Assembly (NCBI GenBank): GCA_026026165.1
Contig: JAPEUD010000010.1
Span: 248,001-312,000, forward strand
Origin: Sarea resinae
Lineage: Eukaryota
DNA length: 64,000 nt
Direction of reading: 5' to 3'
The notes under the pieces were generated by a model. It was not told where the DNA came from. It made no database searches and saw only the letters and a list, made by a program, of their open reading frames with translations. Below are positions 25,365 through 38,395 of the stretch, piece by piece (positions within the stretch are counted from its first letter, which is position 1; every line of letters begins with the position of its first letter). Both the position numbers and the translations under genes were made by a program.

Positions 25365-28328
25365 ATGCAGAACTCACAGGACCTTGCTGTTGATCGAGGG
25401 ACCGGGAAACCACACGCTCAAGCAAAGCGGAAGCTCTCGAGACAGCAATTCGTTGCTGCCGAGAGCTCGACTCCGCAATCACGGCAACAGACCCTTTCGG
25501 AGCTCTTCTCGCCCTCCGCCCAGAAGCGTTGCCCTTCGGACCCCAACGAGCTCGAATCATCCCCCGCCAGCAAGCGTCTCAAGCGCACCTCGTCCTTTCT
25601 CGGGTCGAATCCCCGCACCACACACGCCGAAGTCATCCCGCCGGAAAAGATGTATCATTTTGCACCGTCTAGCTCCAAGGCAAAGGATGTCATAGACCTG
25701 ACCAGCACTCCTTCGCCGGGCCCTTCAAAGTCAAGAGCCAATGGAGCTATGCGACCTTCCAACTTCACGCCCCACACCGGAGCAAAGAAGTTGGTAGTGA
25801 AGAACCTTCGAAAGACCCCTCGAATCAATCCGGAACTTTATTTCTCTCAAGTCTGGGACCAACTGGATTCGGCCTTGACGGCAATCTTCAACAACGAAAA
25901 GGTTCCATGTTCTCTTGAGGAGCTCTACCGAGGAGTGGAGAACCTATGTCGTCAGGATAGGGCCACCGAATTGAACAAGAGACTGACAGCAAGGTGCAGC
26001 GACTATGTCTCAACCAGATTGAAGCAGCCTTTGACGGCAAAGACGAACGTTGGCAAGGATGTGGATGTTCTACGTGCTGTTCTGGCGGCCTGGTCCAAGT
26101 GGAATTCCCAATTAGTAAGAACCCCATGATCATGCCTCGTTTGATTACACCAAATTTAACCGGCAGCAGATAACCATTCGATCTATATTTTTCTACATGG
26201 ACCGCTCTTATCTCCTTCACTCGACAACCTACCCGTCCATCAACGACATGGGTCTTATTCAGTTTCGTACGCACATATTTTCCGACACTATATTGAAGTC
26301 CAAGATCGTGCGGGGAACGTGCGATCTCATAGATTATGATAGAAGAGGAGTCGAGGACCAGCTTGATCCATCCACCTTTAGACGGGCTATTGGCATGTTT
26401 CACGATTTGGCCATATATACAAAGGAGTTTGAGCCGAAGATGCTATCGCTTTCGCAGACTTACTTCAACAATTGGGCTGTAGAAGAGAGCGAATCTCAGA
26501 GCTTGGCCGTCTACGTTGAGGAAAGCCATAAGCTCATCAATAGGGAAATGACCCGTTGCGATCTCTTCAATCTCGATGGAACTACTCGTCGTGAGCTGTT
26601 GAATGAGCTTGAAGACATTCTCATTGATGAGAGAAAAGGCTTTCTGGTCGAGACGGACAGTGTGTCCAAGTTATTGGAGGCTAACGCCACAAGCTCCTTG
26701 GAACAGCTGTACCTTCTTCTTGAGAGATTGCGGCTAGGGTCGAAATTGAGGGCTCCTTTCGAATCGTTCATCATTACTCAAGGATCTTCTATCGTATTCG
26801 ACCAAGAACGAGAGAGCGAGATGGTGGTCAGGCTATTGTCATTCAAGAAGAGGCTAGATACCATTTGGAAAGTATCTTTCCACAGGCACGAAGGGCTGGG
26901 TCATAGCCTACGAGAGGCGTTTGAAAATTTCATCAACAAGTCGAAAAAAACCAGCTCTAATTGGAACACGGACAATGCGAAACCAGGAGAGATGATTGCA
27001 AAATACGTGGATATGCTGCTTCGTGGAGGAGCTAAAGCGATTCCCACCGCGCTTTCTTCTGCCGACAAGGGTGGGCTGAGGGATGACGACGATGCGGATG
27101 GCACGATTGGCGACGAAGATGCAGAAATTAATAGCCAACTAGATCAAGTCCTTGATCTCTTCCGATTCGTTCATGGAAAGGCGGTCTTTGAAGCCTTCTA
27201 CAAGAAAGATCTTGCTCGAAGATTGCTTATGGGCCGAAGTGCAAGTGCCGATGCTGAACGGAGTATGCTAGCGAGACTGAAGACCGGTAAGTCCTCAGGA
27301 ACCGAATGAGAATCTATAACGAATCCTAACACTCTACAGAATGTGGCGCTGGCTTCACTCACAATCTTGAGCAAATGTTCAAGGATGTTGACCTTGCACG
27401 GGATGAGATGAGCTCTTACAAGACTTACATGGAAGGAAAGCACAAGAAGACAGCACTTGACCTCAATGTCAACGTGCTCTCCGCCTCGTCGTGGCCAACG
27501 TATCCAGATATACCTGTCAATATGCCTTCCGATATACTTCAAGCCATCAACGATTTCGATTCCCACTACAAGTCCAAGCACACAGGGCGAAAGTTGCAGT
27601 GGAAACACTCTCTCGCACACTGTCAGCTCAAGGCGAATTTCCCCAAGGGAAATAAAGAGATTGTTGTCAGTTCGTTCCAAACCATTGTGCTGTTGCTTTT
27701 CAATGATGTGGATCCTCGCCACCACGTTGGTTATAAAGATATTCGGGCGGCGACGGGACTTTGTAAGCCGATTAACTCTTCATTGACGGGACTCAAAGGA
27801 CGTTGCTAATCAATCTTCTCAGCCGACGTTGAATTGAAACGCACCCTCCAATCTCTCGCATGCGCCAAATACCGCCCTCTGCTCAAGCATCCCAAAGGCC
27901 GCGAAGTCAACGAGTCCGACACTTTCACCATCAACCTCACCTTTTCCGATGCCAAATATCGCATCAAGATCAACCAGATCCAGCTGAAGGAGACCAAGGA
28001 GGAGAATAAGGAAACGCACGAACGCGTGGCGCAAGATCGGCACTATGAGACGCAGGCCGCGATTGTACGGATCATGAAGTCGAGAAAGACAATCAAGCAT
28101 GCGGAGTTGGTCGCCGAGGTCATAAAAGCCACGAAGACGAGGGGGGTGCTTGATCCTGCGGATATCAAGAAGAACATCGAGAAGTATGCACCCCTTCCCC
28201 GCTTTGGCTTTGATTTACTTCTTTTGAAGGGAGACATTTTGCTGACTTTGATGACGCGACGAACCAGGTTGATTGAGAAGGACTATATGGAACGAGAAGA
28301 GGGTAATGCATATAGGTATTTGGCATAA
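25365..28328 (+). CDS. CUL4: Cullin-4 (CRL4 ubiquitin ligase scaffold); 5 exons
   Basis: CUL4-type N-terminus GAKKLVVKNLR, SLEELYRGVENLC, YMDRSYLL, KPGEMIAKYVD, FEAFYKKDLARRLL, GRKLQWKHSL, and neddylation region QAAIVRIMKSRK ending LIEKDYMER. Confidence 0.95.
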
Positions 28329-28738
28329 GGAGAGTCACAGCTTGCGTAGCTAGCACAGCCTATCAGACTTTAAGCCTTTTATGCATAGATACGTAATGTT
28401 ATGTTTCAGGCGCTGGGCGGTCTGCAAAGGGCGTCATTCCTTCTCGCCCGACGGCAAGAATCAAGCATCCACGACGATGTATGTAGAGTGTTATTTAGAA
28501 CAAGCACATCTCAGTATCTGGTGATCTTTTAGTTCACTGGGATAAAAAGGAGATTGACCCAAACATACGCATATTTGATGCATCATGACATCGTTGGGCG
28601 ACTTTGGTCCAGAACATCTCTGCGCATTTGCGCCGGAACTTGCCGTCATATTCTCTATCAAGACATGACAAGCTGTCAACCACAAGGCCAAACGCAATAC
28701 CAGATGAACAGATATATTTGATACCACGTACCTCAAAG

Positions 28739-30886
28739 ATGGGGAAGGGTAAGGATCCTTTTACAGACCTCAGCACCGAAAACAAATGCTGATTGTGACT
28801 ATCCAGGGACGGACAAACTCTACGTAAGTCGGCCGGCAGCTCGTTGCCACTATGCGCTGCCGCGGCTTGCGCTCGGCGATTGATTACTGACTTGGCATCG
28901 TCCAGATTACCCATTCGGAATGGGCTTCGGAAGATGCATACTCTGCCAGTGCTGGCTCCGGTGTCTCCAAAAGAGCGCCGGGCGCCAATTTCAGGCGACT
29001 CCCTTTCAACTTTTGCGCCGTTTCCCTCCAGCCCTTCAGCCACCCGGTCTGCACGGCTGACGGCACCATCTTCGATCTTACCAACATTCTACCATGGCTG
29101 AAAAAGCATGGCACGAATCCGGTCAATGGGACCCCACTCAAGAGCTCAGAGCTCATCAAGCTGAATTTCGCGAAGAACGACGAGGGTGAGATGGTCGATC
29201 CGGTCACGTTCAAGGTCTTCACGGACAACACGCATATCGTGGCGTTGAAGAACACGGGCAACGCCTTCGCCTGGGATACAATCGAGAGGCTCAATATCAA
29301 GCCCAAGATGTGGAAGGACCTCGTGACGGACGCGGACTTTTCCAGGGCCGACATCATCACGTTGCAAGATCCGCAGAACGTGGCGGCTAGGGATCTCAGC
29401 TCCTTCAAGTATCTCAAGGATGGCGTCAGTACGCTTACGGAAGAGCAAGAGGCGGAGAGAAGCGATCCGACGAGGAACGTGAATCTGGACGCCATGGGGA
29501 GCGCGGCCAAGGTGCTCAAGGCAAAGGAGGCTGTGGCTCGGGCGAGGGCCCAGCGAGGCGAAGACCCGAACCGCAGTCTGGCAGGCAAGTCTGGTGCGCT
29601 GTCCAAAAGAAATGGCACAGCATCAGGTAGCCCGTCAACGCGCATGGTCAAATCAGTGCCGTACAACGCCGCACAGCACACCACAGGAAAAGCGGCTGCA
29701 TCCTTTACAAGCACGGGGCTCACGCCACACACCTCTGGCGAGCGCGCCTTGCTGACCGACGAGGAGTATATGCTGAAGCCGCGACGGGTCAAGATAAAGG
29801 GGTACGCGCGGATGCAGACGACCCACGGCGATCTCAACATCGAGTTGCACACCGAGTACGCCCCGAAGGCGGTGTGGAATTTCATCCAGCTGGCCAAGAA
29901 GGGGTATTACGATGGCGTCGCCTTTCATCGGAGCATACGAAACTTTATGGTCAGATATATGTCCTCTGTTCTTCACAGTCCACAGCTAATCGAACGGTGT
30001 CACAGATCCAAGGGGGTGATCCCACCGGCACGGGAAAGGGCGGCACGAGTATTTGGGGCAAGAATTTCAACGACGAGCTCGAGGGGCCACTAGCCCACAA
30101 CGCCCGCGGCATCGTCTCCATGGCTAATAAAGGCAAGCACACAAATTCGAGTCAATTGTAAGTCCTCCCCCCCCCCCCCCCCTCGCTTTTCTCCTCTTTC
30201 CCGTCCCCCAACCCCCTATTCCCCGCTCCTAACCACCCAACTAACCTCTCCCCCTTCCTTTGCCTTTATAAAGCTTCATCACCTACCGCGCCGCCCCGCA
30301 TCTGAACAACAAACACACAATCTTCGGCTCGCTAACCAGCACGCCGTCCAACGAGACCACGCTCAAGGCGCTCGAAGCGCTGCCCACGGACCCGACCTCC
30401 GCTCGGCCCCTCGAAGACGCCCACATCATCTCCGTCGCCATCTACATCGACCCGTTTGAAGAATTCCAGGCCCGCAAACGCGAGTCGGATGACCGTGAGC
30501 GCGAGCGAGACGAGATCAAGCGGAAAGGCGGCACCGACGACGATCGCACCACGTGGACGGGGAAGAGGATTAGACCTGCTGGAGCCGGGGCCGGAGCAGG
30601 CGGAGGGGGCGGAGGAGGAGACGGCGCAGCCGGCGATGAAAGCGAGCACGGGCCCAAGATAGGCAAATACATCGGCGGCGGCGGTGGCGGCGACAACGAC
30701 AAGGACAACGACACCAACGAAGCTATCTCCCGAGACCAAAGCCGAAGCCGAAGAGGCGACGCCGACGATGAGATCGTAGGCGAGTGGCTAGACGACGACG
30801 AAGGATCCATGCTGCCACCCCCGGCCAAGAAAGCCAAATCCTCTGGTGCTGCTGCTGGTGGCTTTGGCAATTTCGACTCTTGGTAG
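28739..30886 (+). CDS. CYP8: U-box + cyclophilin protein (peptidyl-prolyl cis-trans isomerase-like 2, Cyp60/Cyp8); exons 28739-28748, 28807-28823, 28906-29949, about 30006-30157, about 30274-30886
   Basis: Spliced N-terminus MGKGTDKLYITHSEW, U-box [16 protein letters not shown], cyclophilin motifs [28 protein letters not shown] and [11 protein letters not shown]-terminus GFGNFDSW*. Confidence 0.9.
30166..30182 (+). repeat. Poly(C) tract in the last CYP8 intron
   Basis: Uninterrupted C run just after the GTAAGT donor. Confidence 0.9.
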
Positions 30887-31167
30887 TAGCTGAGTGCTTG
30901 AGTGAGTCGGCGAGAGGCTGAGAGCGGGCGAGTCGGCGAGTGAGTGAGTGACTGAGTGAGTGACTGAGTGGGCGACTAACTGGGCGAGTGACTGAGTGGA
31001 CCGGACTGGACCCCGGCGTTTCAACCATTTCTTTTCCTTCTTTCCCCTTTTCCCTTTTCCCTGTTCCCCTTCTTTTTCCTTTTCCTTCAGGCACCCATCG
31101 AACTGTTTCAGAGGGCTTAGGTCGCAGGGCGCATGGACGTGGCATGGTATGGCACGCAATGGGATAT

Positions 31168-31228
31168 AACACAACACAACACAAAACAACACAACACAAA
31201 ACAACACAACACAATACAACACAAAACA
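31168..31228 (+). repeat. (ACAAC/ACAAA)n pentanucleotide microsatellite
   Basis: aacacaacacaacacaaaacaacacaacacaaaacaac... read directly. Confidence 0.9.
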
Positions 31229-31340
31229 TAGTCTCTATCACGCACAGAATGACTAACGACCAAATCACCCTCGTGATTTTCTTTCCCCTCTTTCCCCACC
31301 CATCCCCCCCCCCCGCAAAAAGAAAAGAAAATCGGAGTTC

Positions 31341-31440
31341 CCTTCCCTTCCCTTCCTTTCCCTTCCCTTCCCTTCCTTTCCCTTCCCTTCCCTTCCTTTC
31401 CCTTCCCTTCCCTTCCTTTCCCTTCCCTTCCCTTCCTTTC
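31341..31440 (+). repeat. Higher-order polypyrimidine repeat: 5 perfect copies of CCTTCCCTTCCCTTCCTTTC
   Basis: The 20-bp unit is (CCTTC)3 plus CTTTC, repeated exactly five times. Confidence 0.95.
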
Positions 31441-31945
31441 TATTAGGAACTCGGATTCGGAGTCGGATCCAGGCTCAGCTGGAGATCGATATATCCATCT
31501 ATCTATAGGACACAGGGTCTATGTATGTATGGATGTGAACTGAAAGTTTTGTGATCATCCAACCGATCGAGACAGAAAGTTAGACGGACGGGCAGAAGGC
31601 AGACAGACAGAAGGCAAGTCTTCACGCCATATATAATGATCAAGCGAAAGAGAGAGGGGAAAAAACAGAAAAGAAAAAGGAAAAGGAAAAGAAAAGTAGT
31701 CCCATCCATCCATCCATCCATCCGTCCGTCTTTTCCCCCTTCCCCCACCTTTTCCCCAAAGAAACGTAGAAAGAAACAAACAAACAGCCGCCGACGAACC
31801 AACCAACCAACCAACCAGACAACCAACCAGCCCCAGCCATTCCCTCTCAGACCCTCACATACACACAGACACAACTTTTCAGACGACCTACATCAAGAGC
31901 AAGAAAAAGTTTCTCCGCACCTAGCACCTAGCACCTAGCCCCGAT

Positions 31946-34729
31946 TCATTCAACACCGCCCTGCCATCTGAGCTCGACGACCCAGCGGCCGCCAAACTCG
32001 ACGCCCTGGCGCCGACGCGATCCGTATTTCCGCCACGCGCCCGGCCCAAGCCCGATATCCAGCACGTAGAGACGCCAATGTGTGGGTTCTGCGGCGGCGG
32101 CGGCGGCGTGGTGGAGGTGGTGGGAACTCGACGAGGAGATGGATTTCGCCATGGGTGCTGACGACGACGAGATACTAGACGAGGGGCCCGAATTCGACAT
32201 GGCGGCCAAGATGCCGGTTTTGGGCGCGCCGAGACACGCGATGAGGGTGGGGTTGATCATGGGCGTGTGCGATGAGGGCGATGGGGCGAGGCCTGTTTTT
32301 CATGGTCAGCAGCCGATTACACGAGAGCGGTATAATGAAAGCAGGTATGGGTTCGAAATCTTTCGAGTGCATGTTGCCCAGCGGGACTCGTGAGAAAACA
32401 AAATGCCGGACGGCAAAAGTCAAACAAACTCACCACTTGACCCGTCGACGCCACTCGGGCAATCCACAGCCAACACGCCAGCCTTGGCTCGATTGGCCCA
32501 CCTCGCCATTTCGCACACGGCTTCCTGATCATCTACTCTCAGCTCCTCATATGGGACATGCCAGCCCAGAAGCGCGTCGACTATCAGCTCCGGCGGCGTC
32601 ATGGAGTCGTCTTTTGAATTCAAGGAGGTTAAAGCGGTCTCCCAGGGTTCTACCTTTCCATTGCCGCCACCGCCAGTCATCTTTCGGAAAAGAGAAAGCT
32701 GCCTGCGCACAGGCTCGCATAGCTCGGAGTCTCCCCTTTCGAGGCCCAGGATGGTGATCAGAACGCGCACGCCGTGGCTTCGGAGATGGCGAGCGGCTGC
32801 CACGGCACGGGCGCCGTACTTGTGGTTCCCCGTTAGTAACACGACAAGAGGAGCTGGGTTGTTGTTGCGGCTGGTGTTAGGAGTAGCAGGAGCATGAGAG
32901 AGGCGTTTGCCGCCAGGATTGAGAGCGGAAAGTGCAAGCTCGGCAATGCCGCGAGCGGCGTTCTCGATCATCATATCTTCCGTCAAACCAAATTCGTACT
33001 CAGCCAGGTGTTCGAGCTCGAGCATCTGGACGGGACTTAGCGTGGGACAGAGACGGTTGCCCGGGACGAGACGGAGAGAGGGTTTCGCAGACGTGGAGGA
33101 GGAGGGGTCGAGGAATTGAGAAGTGGTGGAAGAGGACACTTTTCGGAGTTTAGTCGAGGCGTGGGATGAAGAGTATTGAGATCGATTATTGGCATTGAGG
33201 GAGTTGAGAGTATGAGCGGAAGGGGTGAGAAGAGTTTGGCCTGCTGAAGCTATGACTGCGCTTTCTTTTCGTGAAGATGGTCGGCGCGCCGATACGGCCG
33301 AGGCGCGAGATATGCCTCTGATAGAACCCCCCCGGCTTCGTACCCTCCCATCGTTCTCATTCTCCTTATATTCCTCATCTTCTTCTGTGCTTGCAATCCA
33401 CTCGTTGGGCCCATCTGGCATGTCGAGGACGTTCTCGGTCGGATGAAGGTTCTTCCCTCCAGCTGTGCCAGGCCGGGCCCGTGGCAATCTGTTAAAGCTT
33501 ACCAAGCGTTCTTCATCGGCCGTCGTATCTTCGGTCCTTATCTGATCAAAGACAGCGTGTTTATCAAATTTCGATAGATTCCCCTGGAAGTCGAATTCTC
33601 CTAGACCCTGGATATCGGTAGCTTCCTCTGTTGCCCAGCCATCGTTGTCATCACCAAGCATCGCCCGTTGGCTTCGATTCTTACGCTTTGAGGATTTGAT
33701 GGCCTGGCGACCTGCAGCGCCGGTGATCAGACCCGGAATACGCTCGTTTTTCCCATTGGCCGTTTCGACACGAGAGGCCTGGCGAGCCTCCTTGGTCCGA
33801 ATAGCACGAGCTTGTTTGAGAGACACCTCGGGCGACGTTACCCCCTCGGGCGCATCTAATTCAGCTGGTCGCACCTCATTTGCTGCATCTTTGTGGCCTT
33901 TGCCGCGTCCACCCCTTCTACTGCGCTTTCCAGTATATTCGTCATTCTTGGGAGGAGCTTCGAAAGCGTCGATGTAGACTGGGGCATGTGGTGTAAGGTC
34001 CTTATCATTAACAGCAGGATCTGTACCGAACCCTTCACCATGGCCATTCAAGCTGAGGTCGTTGAAAGGCGCGTTCAACGTGGCAGATGTTGGGTCTGGC
34101 TCATGCCTCAACGGGATTGCAGGCACCGTAAATTCCGTTCGGACGTGTTCCGTGGCTTGGGGTTGTGAAGCTGTTTCCGAGCTCGTAATTGGTACAGAGA
34201 CAGAGACATTCCTCGATTGCAGTTCCTGTGGTTCTGATGACCGGCTTTGATTGGTGACTGTGCGCAGCGGCGCTTCTGGCTGAGGGGCTGAAGGCTTTCT
34301 TCCGTAACTGAGAATAGCAGGGTCGGGAAAGTGCGCACTCGACAGGGATTTACGAGGCTCTGGAGCGAGTGCGCCTACTTTCGCCGGTTGAGGGTATATC
34401 TGCTGGAACTGCGATGCTTTGGCATGAGGAGGTGCAATATTTGGGACGTCAAGCGGGAGTGGTGAGACATGGCGTTCCGGTAGCACCTCAAGATCAGCTA
34501 TCTGCAAGCCATCGACACGATATTCGGGCAACTGATGGCCAGTTTGCCGAACATAGACTGAGTAGGGTTAGCTGTTGTTCAAGGCAAGGGCCGAGAGAAT
34601 CAACGCGTGCGTACCATCATGTAAAATCAGTTGCTGGCCAGCTACATCAGCAACGAGGCCGTCGAGCTGGATATTCGCCGGGGACTTGAGAGTCACCGAC
34701 ACGGTCACGCCGATAAATTGAGCGGCCAT
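31946..34729 (-). CDS. EDC3: Enhancer of mRNA decapping 3 (LSm + FDF + YjeF_N); 3 exons
   Basis: LSm start MAAQFIGVTVSVTLK, FDF domain DIQGLGEFDFQGNLSKFDKHAVFDQIR, YjeF_N motifs MMIENAARGIA, IVDALLG, AVDCPSG, ACLGAPKTG, VLDIG. Confidence 0.9.
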
Positions 34730-35284
34730 GGTCAACACGTCTTCCTCAAGTGGTCAGATTGCCAAGGACTCATATTCTCCGTGTAGTTGGTGAGGGAAGG
34801 TGGAAGGTGAGAGGTGAAGCACTTTCAGAGCTGCCGTCGCAAGTCGCAGTGGCCCGAACTTCGCTAAAAGAGCTGTGGGCAAGGAAGGTGCTACACGCGT
34901 CTGAGCTAAAGTTGACCTCTTGATAGTAGCATAGGTACGGTATGGTAGGGAGTAGGACATCAGTGAATGATGGGATTCATATCACGAGTCCGCCCTTATA
35001 TTCACATTCATCATCACTTTTAATGTCATATCTAGAGTGGAGAGAAACTTGGAGGGAATCAATATTTCTTGCCGCGGGGTTAAGTAAATCACCCCGAGGA
35101 AAAGAATAGATAAAAGTCAAGATGGAAACTTTCACCAGGCAAATGGCTCCTCTATAGCTCCGCAAGTCCCACGAGCACGCAGTGAAGCAAATCGGCTATG
35201 GTCTGAAGAGACGACCGCGCTTTCCCTCGAGATCAACGCCTTAGAACTTGTTCAGAAGCAACTTTCAGTAATCAAATCAGACCC

Positions 35285-38115
35285 TCACGCGTTCTCCATC
35301 ATAAGCAGCGCCTCCTCGTCGTCATCGAAATCGGCACCAGAGCCCCTGAAGCCCTTGTCCTGCACCGCCGCAGGATTGGGAGGCTTCTTCAGCCTTCGCC
35401 CAGAACTGCCAACTTCGCCAACACTGTATAGACCATTGTAGAATTCCCGAACCTTATCGTGCGCCATGACCTTACGGGGATCGAATCGCAGCACCTGCAG
35501 GCCTTCCTGGGACGTTGCACGACTTAGCGCGACGTACGCCTGACCCTTCTCGAAGACTCTTCCTAGGTCGACCTTGACACGCTCCATAGTCTGCCCCTGA
35601 GCCTTGTGGATCGACAGAGCCCAAGCAAGGATGAGCGGAACCTGTGATCGCGAAGCCTGTACTTCGCCGTTGGGAAGCTCGATACTCCACGACTCCGGTT
35701 GGCAGAGCAGATCCCTCGAAGTGCCATCTGATATTGAGAAGCGGACAAGAGGCCATTTTTTACTGGTATCACCCGCAAGGTCCTTGTTAAGCATTGCCAT
35801 TGCCTTTAGCTTTGCTCGAGAGCGTTTCAAAGATTCGTCTTCTCCTGAATCCGTGCCTTCGCCTGCCTGAAGCTCCTCGTCCTCGTGGTAACTATCGAAT
35901 TTTCTCTCGTCCATGAAACCTACCACTTTCCCGAGGGAGCCATTGACCAGAGACACATCAATGTTCTTGATGAGCATTACCTGCGAGCCCTTTTTCAACT
36001 CGATCAACGGAGGTGCCATGCAATTCGAGAGTAACTTGTCTCGCTGGGTCTTATCCATAATGGAACCTCCATCCCTAGCTTCAAAAAGATAACTTGGTCC
36101 GGTCAAATTTCTCATCCTGACGTTGTTGGCATTATCGACCTCGTTACGAGTGGGGAAACTGGACATCGTTAGGCTCTGAAACCAAATGCAGACTGGAAGA
36201 CTTACAGCTCAGTGGCATCCAGATCATCATTATAATGGATAGGTCTACTGAGGGACCTGAACGTCTCGATTGACTTCTGGCTGAGCTTGCCTAATCTCAT
36301 CTCGTTGAGCATATCGGCAAAGGCTAACAACCACAATTAGATTAGGCATTTCAAATGAGTCATTGCATTGGCCATACCAGGATCTTTCTGCCGGAAAACT
36401 TGTGTTAATCTGATGGTATGATGGATTGCAGTGTTCCAGGTCGTCGCCTCGAAGGCGAACTTTGCCAACTTGCCGTAGTCCGGGACAGGCGGTAATTGAA
36501 AGAAATCCCCCGTAATGATGAGTTGGATGCCCCCAAATGGCCGTCCGTTGTTCTTAATATCACGGGCAATTCTCTCGAGTTTGTCAAACAGCTCTCCGTC
36601 AACCATGGATATTTCGTCAATAATGAGAACTTTGGTACGGATCCAACGACTTTTGGCCTTCTGATTCTTCTTGACTCGCTTCACCAGTTCCGTAGCACTT
36701 TCCTTACCTAGGCCAATACCACCGTAGCTATGAAGCGTTACTCCACCAATATTACAGGCAGCCAAGCCTGTTGAGGCGGTGACGGCTACTCGATCGGGTT
36801 CGCGCGAATGTTTCCGGCGAAGGGCTGCGATGATCTCTCGAAGCAGGACGGATTTTCCGGTACCTATGTCTGTGAGTCTTGGTACTTGTGTAATGGATTC
36901 AGAAGCACCGACCTGCCGATCCGGTAAAAAAAACGCTCTTCCCTTGATTTACGACAAAATCTACGACTCTTGACTGCTCGTCACTCAAGAATATGGGAGA
37001 GGGAGCCCCCCTCGTCTTTCCGCTTGTGGTGTGATGTGTACCTCCGTCAAGACCTTCCTTGGCCTTGTTAGACTTTCTATTAGCTTGCTTGAGTTTCTTT
37101 TGCTCCTCCTTGATGGCACTCTGAGTGGTATCCCAGAATGGGGAATTCGACTTCTCTTTCGGTAATGGGGTGATATGGCCCTTGGAAATTTGGTTGGAGC
37201 GTCTCTGATTATCAAAGCGAACACCACTTCCGGCTTGACTGGCATCAGCTGTAATACGATCAGTTGGGTTTCTGCATGCACTCCCTATACAAAACGAGGG
37301 TGGGGCAACATCGTCCAAGCATAAGAGAGGGTGCATTGCAGGTGAGTCTTACATTGCTGCTCTTCTTTCAACCACGGGATCACCCTTCGCTTGCTCGGGC
37401 GAGGATTCGAATCTTCAGCGATATTCGTTTGGGGTATTGATCTACTTCCAGCTTGAGAGGATGCGCGAGTAGATGCCTGAGCAGTCGCCTGCGTGGATGC
37501 CCGAGCATTCAGAGTCGACACTTTATGCTCAACGGGTGATGAAGACCAGGGCAGCTGTGAGCTAGTTGTGGGCGGAGCAGGGTTGGATGGCGGTGGTAAA
37601 TTCTCCCGGGGAGGCGCGGCTGGTAATGGAACTGCTTGAGGTACGGTAGGCTTTGATATCGGGTCATCGATATCCACATCCAAGTCCAAGTCCGCATCAT
37701 CCTCAAAGTCATTCTCATCGAAATACACAGCCTCATGCAACTGTCCTATGCCCGTCATGCTTGATTGCACGTCGTCCTGGATGATTATCGGCTGACTGTC
37801 CTGGAAAGAGTCCTGCTTCATTAGGGTTGCCGTCAAACCTGCTGCTTGTGCAGCGGTACGTTTTGTTCCGGGAAGGGGCCAATCTCGTCGGGAGGCGTTG
37901 TTTCGTGCATTAACTGCCGATGGAGGGCTCGGTTTCAACGCACCGAGCGATAGATGAGTGACAGAGGAATTTCGAAGTCGTGATTGGTGCTGTAGGTCGA
38001 AACCGGAGGCATCTCGATTAGGCGCACGAGTGCTGGAGAGGGTGGACTGTGTTGCAGGCGTCTGTTTCTGGGATGGAGCAGCCGCTTCAGCTCTGTTGAT
38101 TGCCGAAGCCAGCAT
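35285..38115 (-). CDS. PIF1: ATP-dependent DNA helicase Pif1; 5 exons (possible upstream in-frame start at 38220)
   Basis: FFTGSAG|TGKS Walker [85 protein letters not shown]. Confidence 0.95.
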
Positions 38116-38395
38116 TCTTTCCGATTGGAGTTGCGTCGAAGTGCAGCTGAGAGAACGACAGAGCGTCAGAGTGAAGATTGAGACGAATGCTGTGGTAGAA
38201 TGAAGACGCGGCACCACCATACACGTCGGCTTTGGCCTGAGGAGAGCCAGGACAGCGATGCAGAGGCACTGGTAAGCGTCGAGGACCAAAATTGAATTGT
38301 CTCACAAAGCAAGAGACATCGGATCTTGAGTTTGCGGAATGGCGTTCACAGCGGGAGACCACTTCTCTCTTGTTTCTCTACCTACTGCAGTGCTA

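Noticed and set aside
9791..28328. Fragmented ORFs of TEL1, NUP192 and CUL4 as pseudogenes, frameshifts or A-to-I-corrected premature stops
   Set aside because: Every break is explained by an in-phase GT-AG intron with a branch-point motif.
32293..32431. tRNA or snoRNA inside the last EDC3 intron (GGTTCGAA word, short hairpins)
   Set aside because: No cloverleaf and no properly spaced C/D or H/ACA boxes could be built by eye. An Infernal/Rfam scan would settle it.
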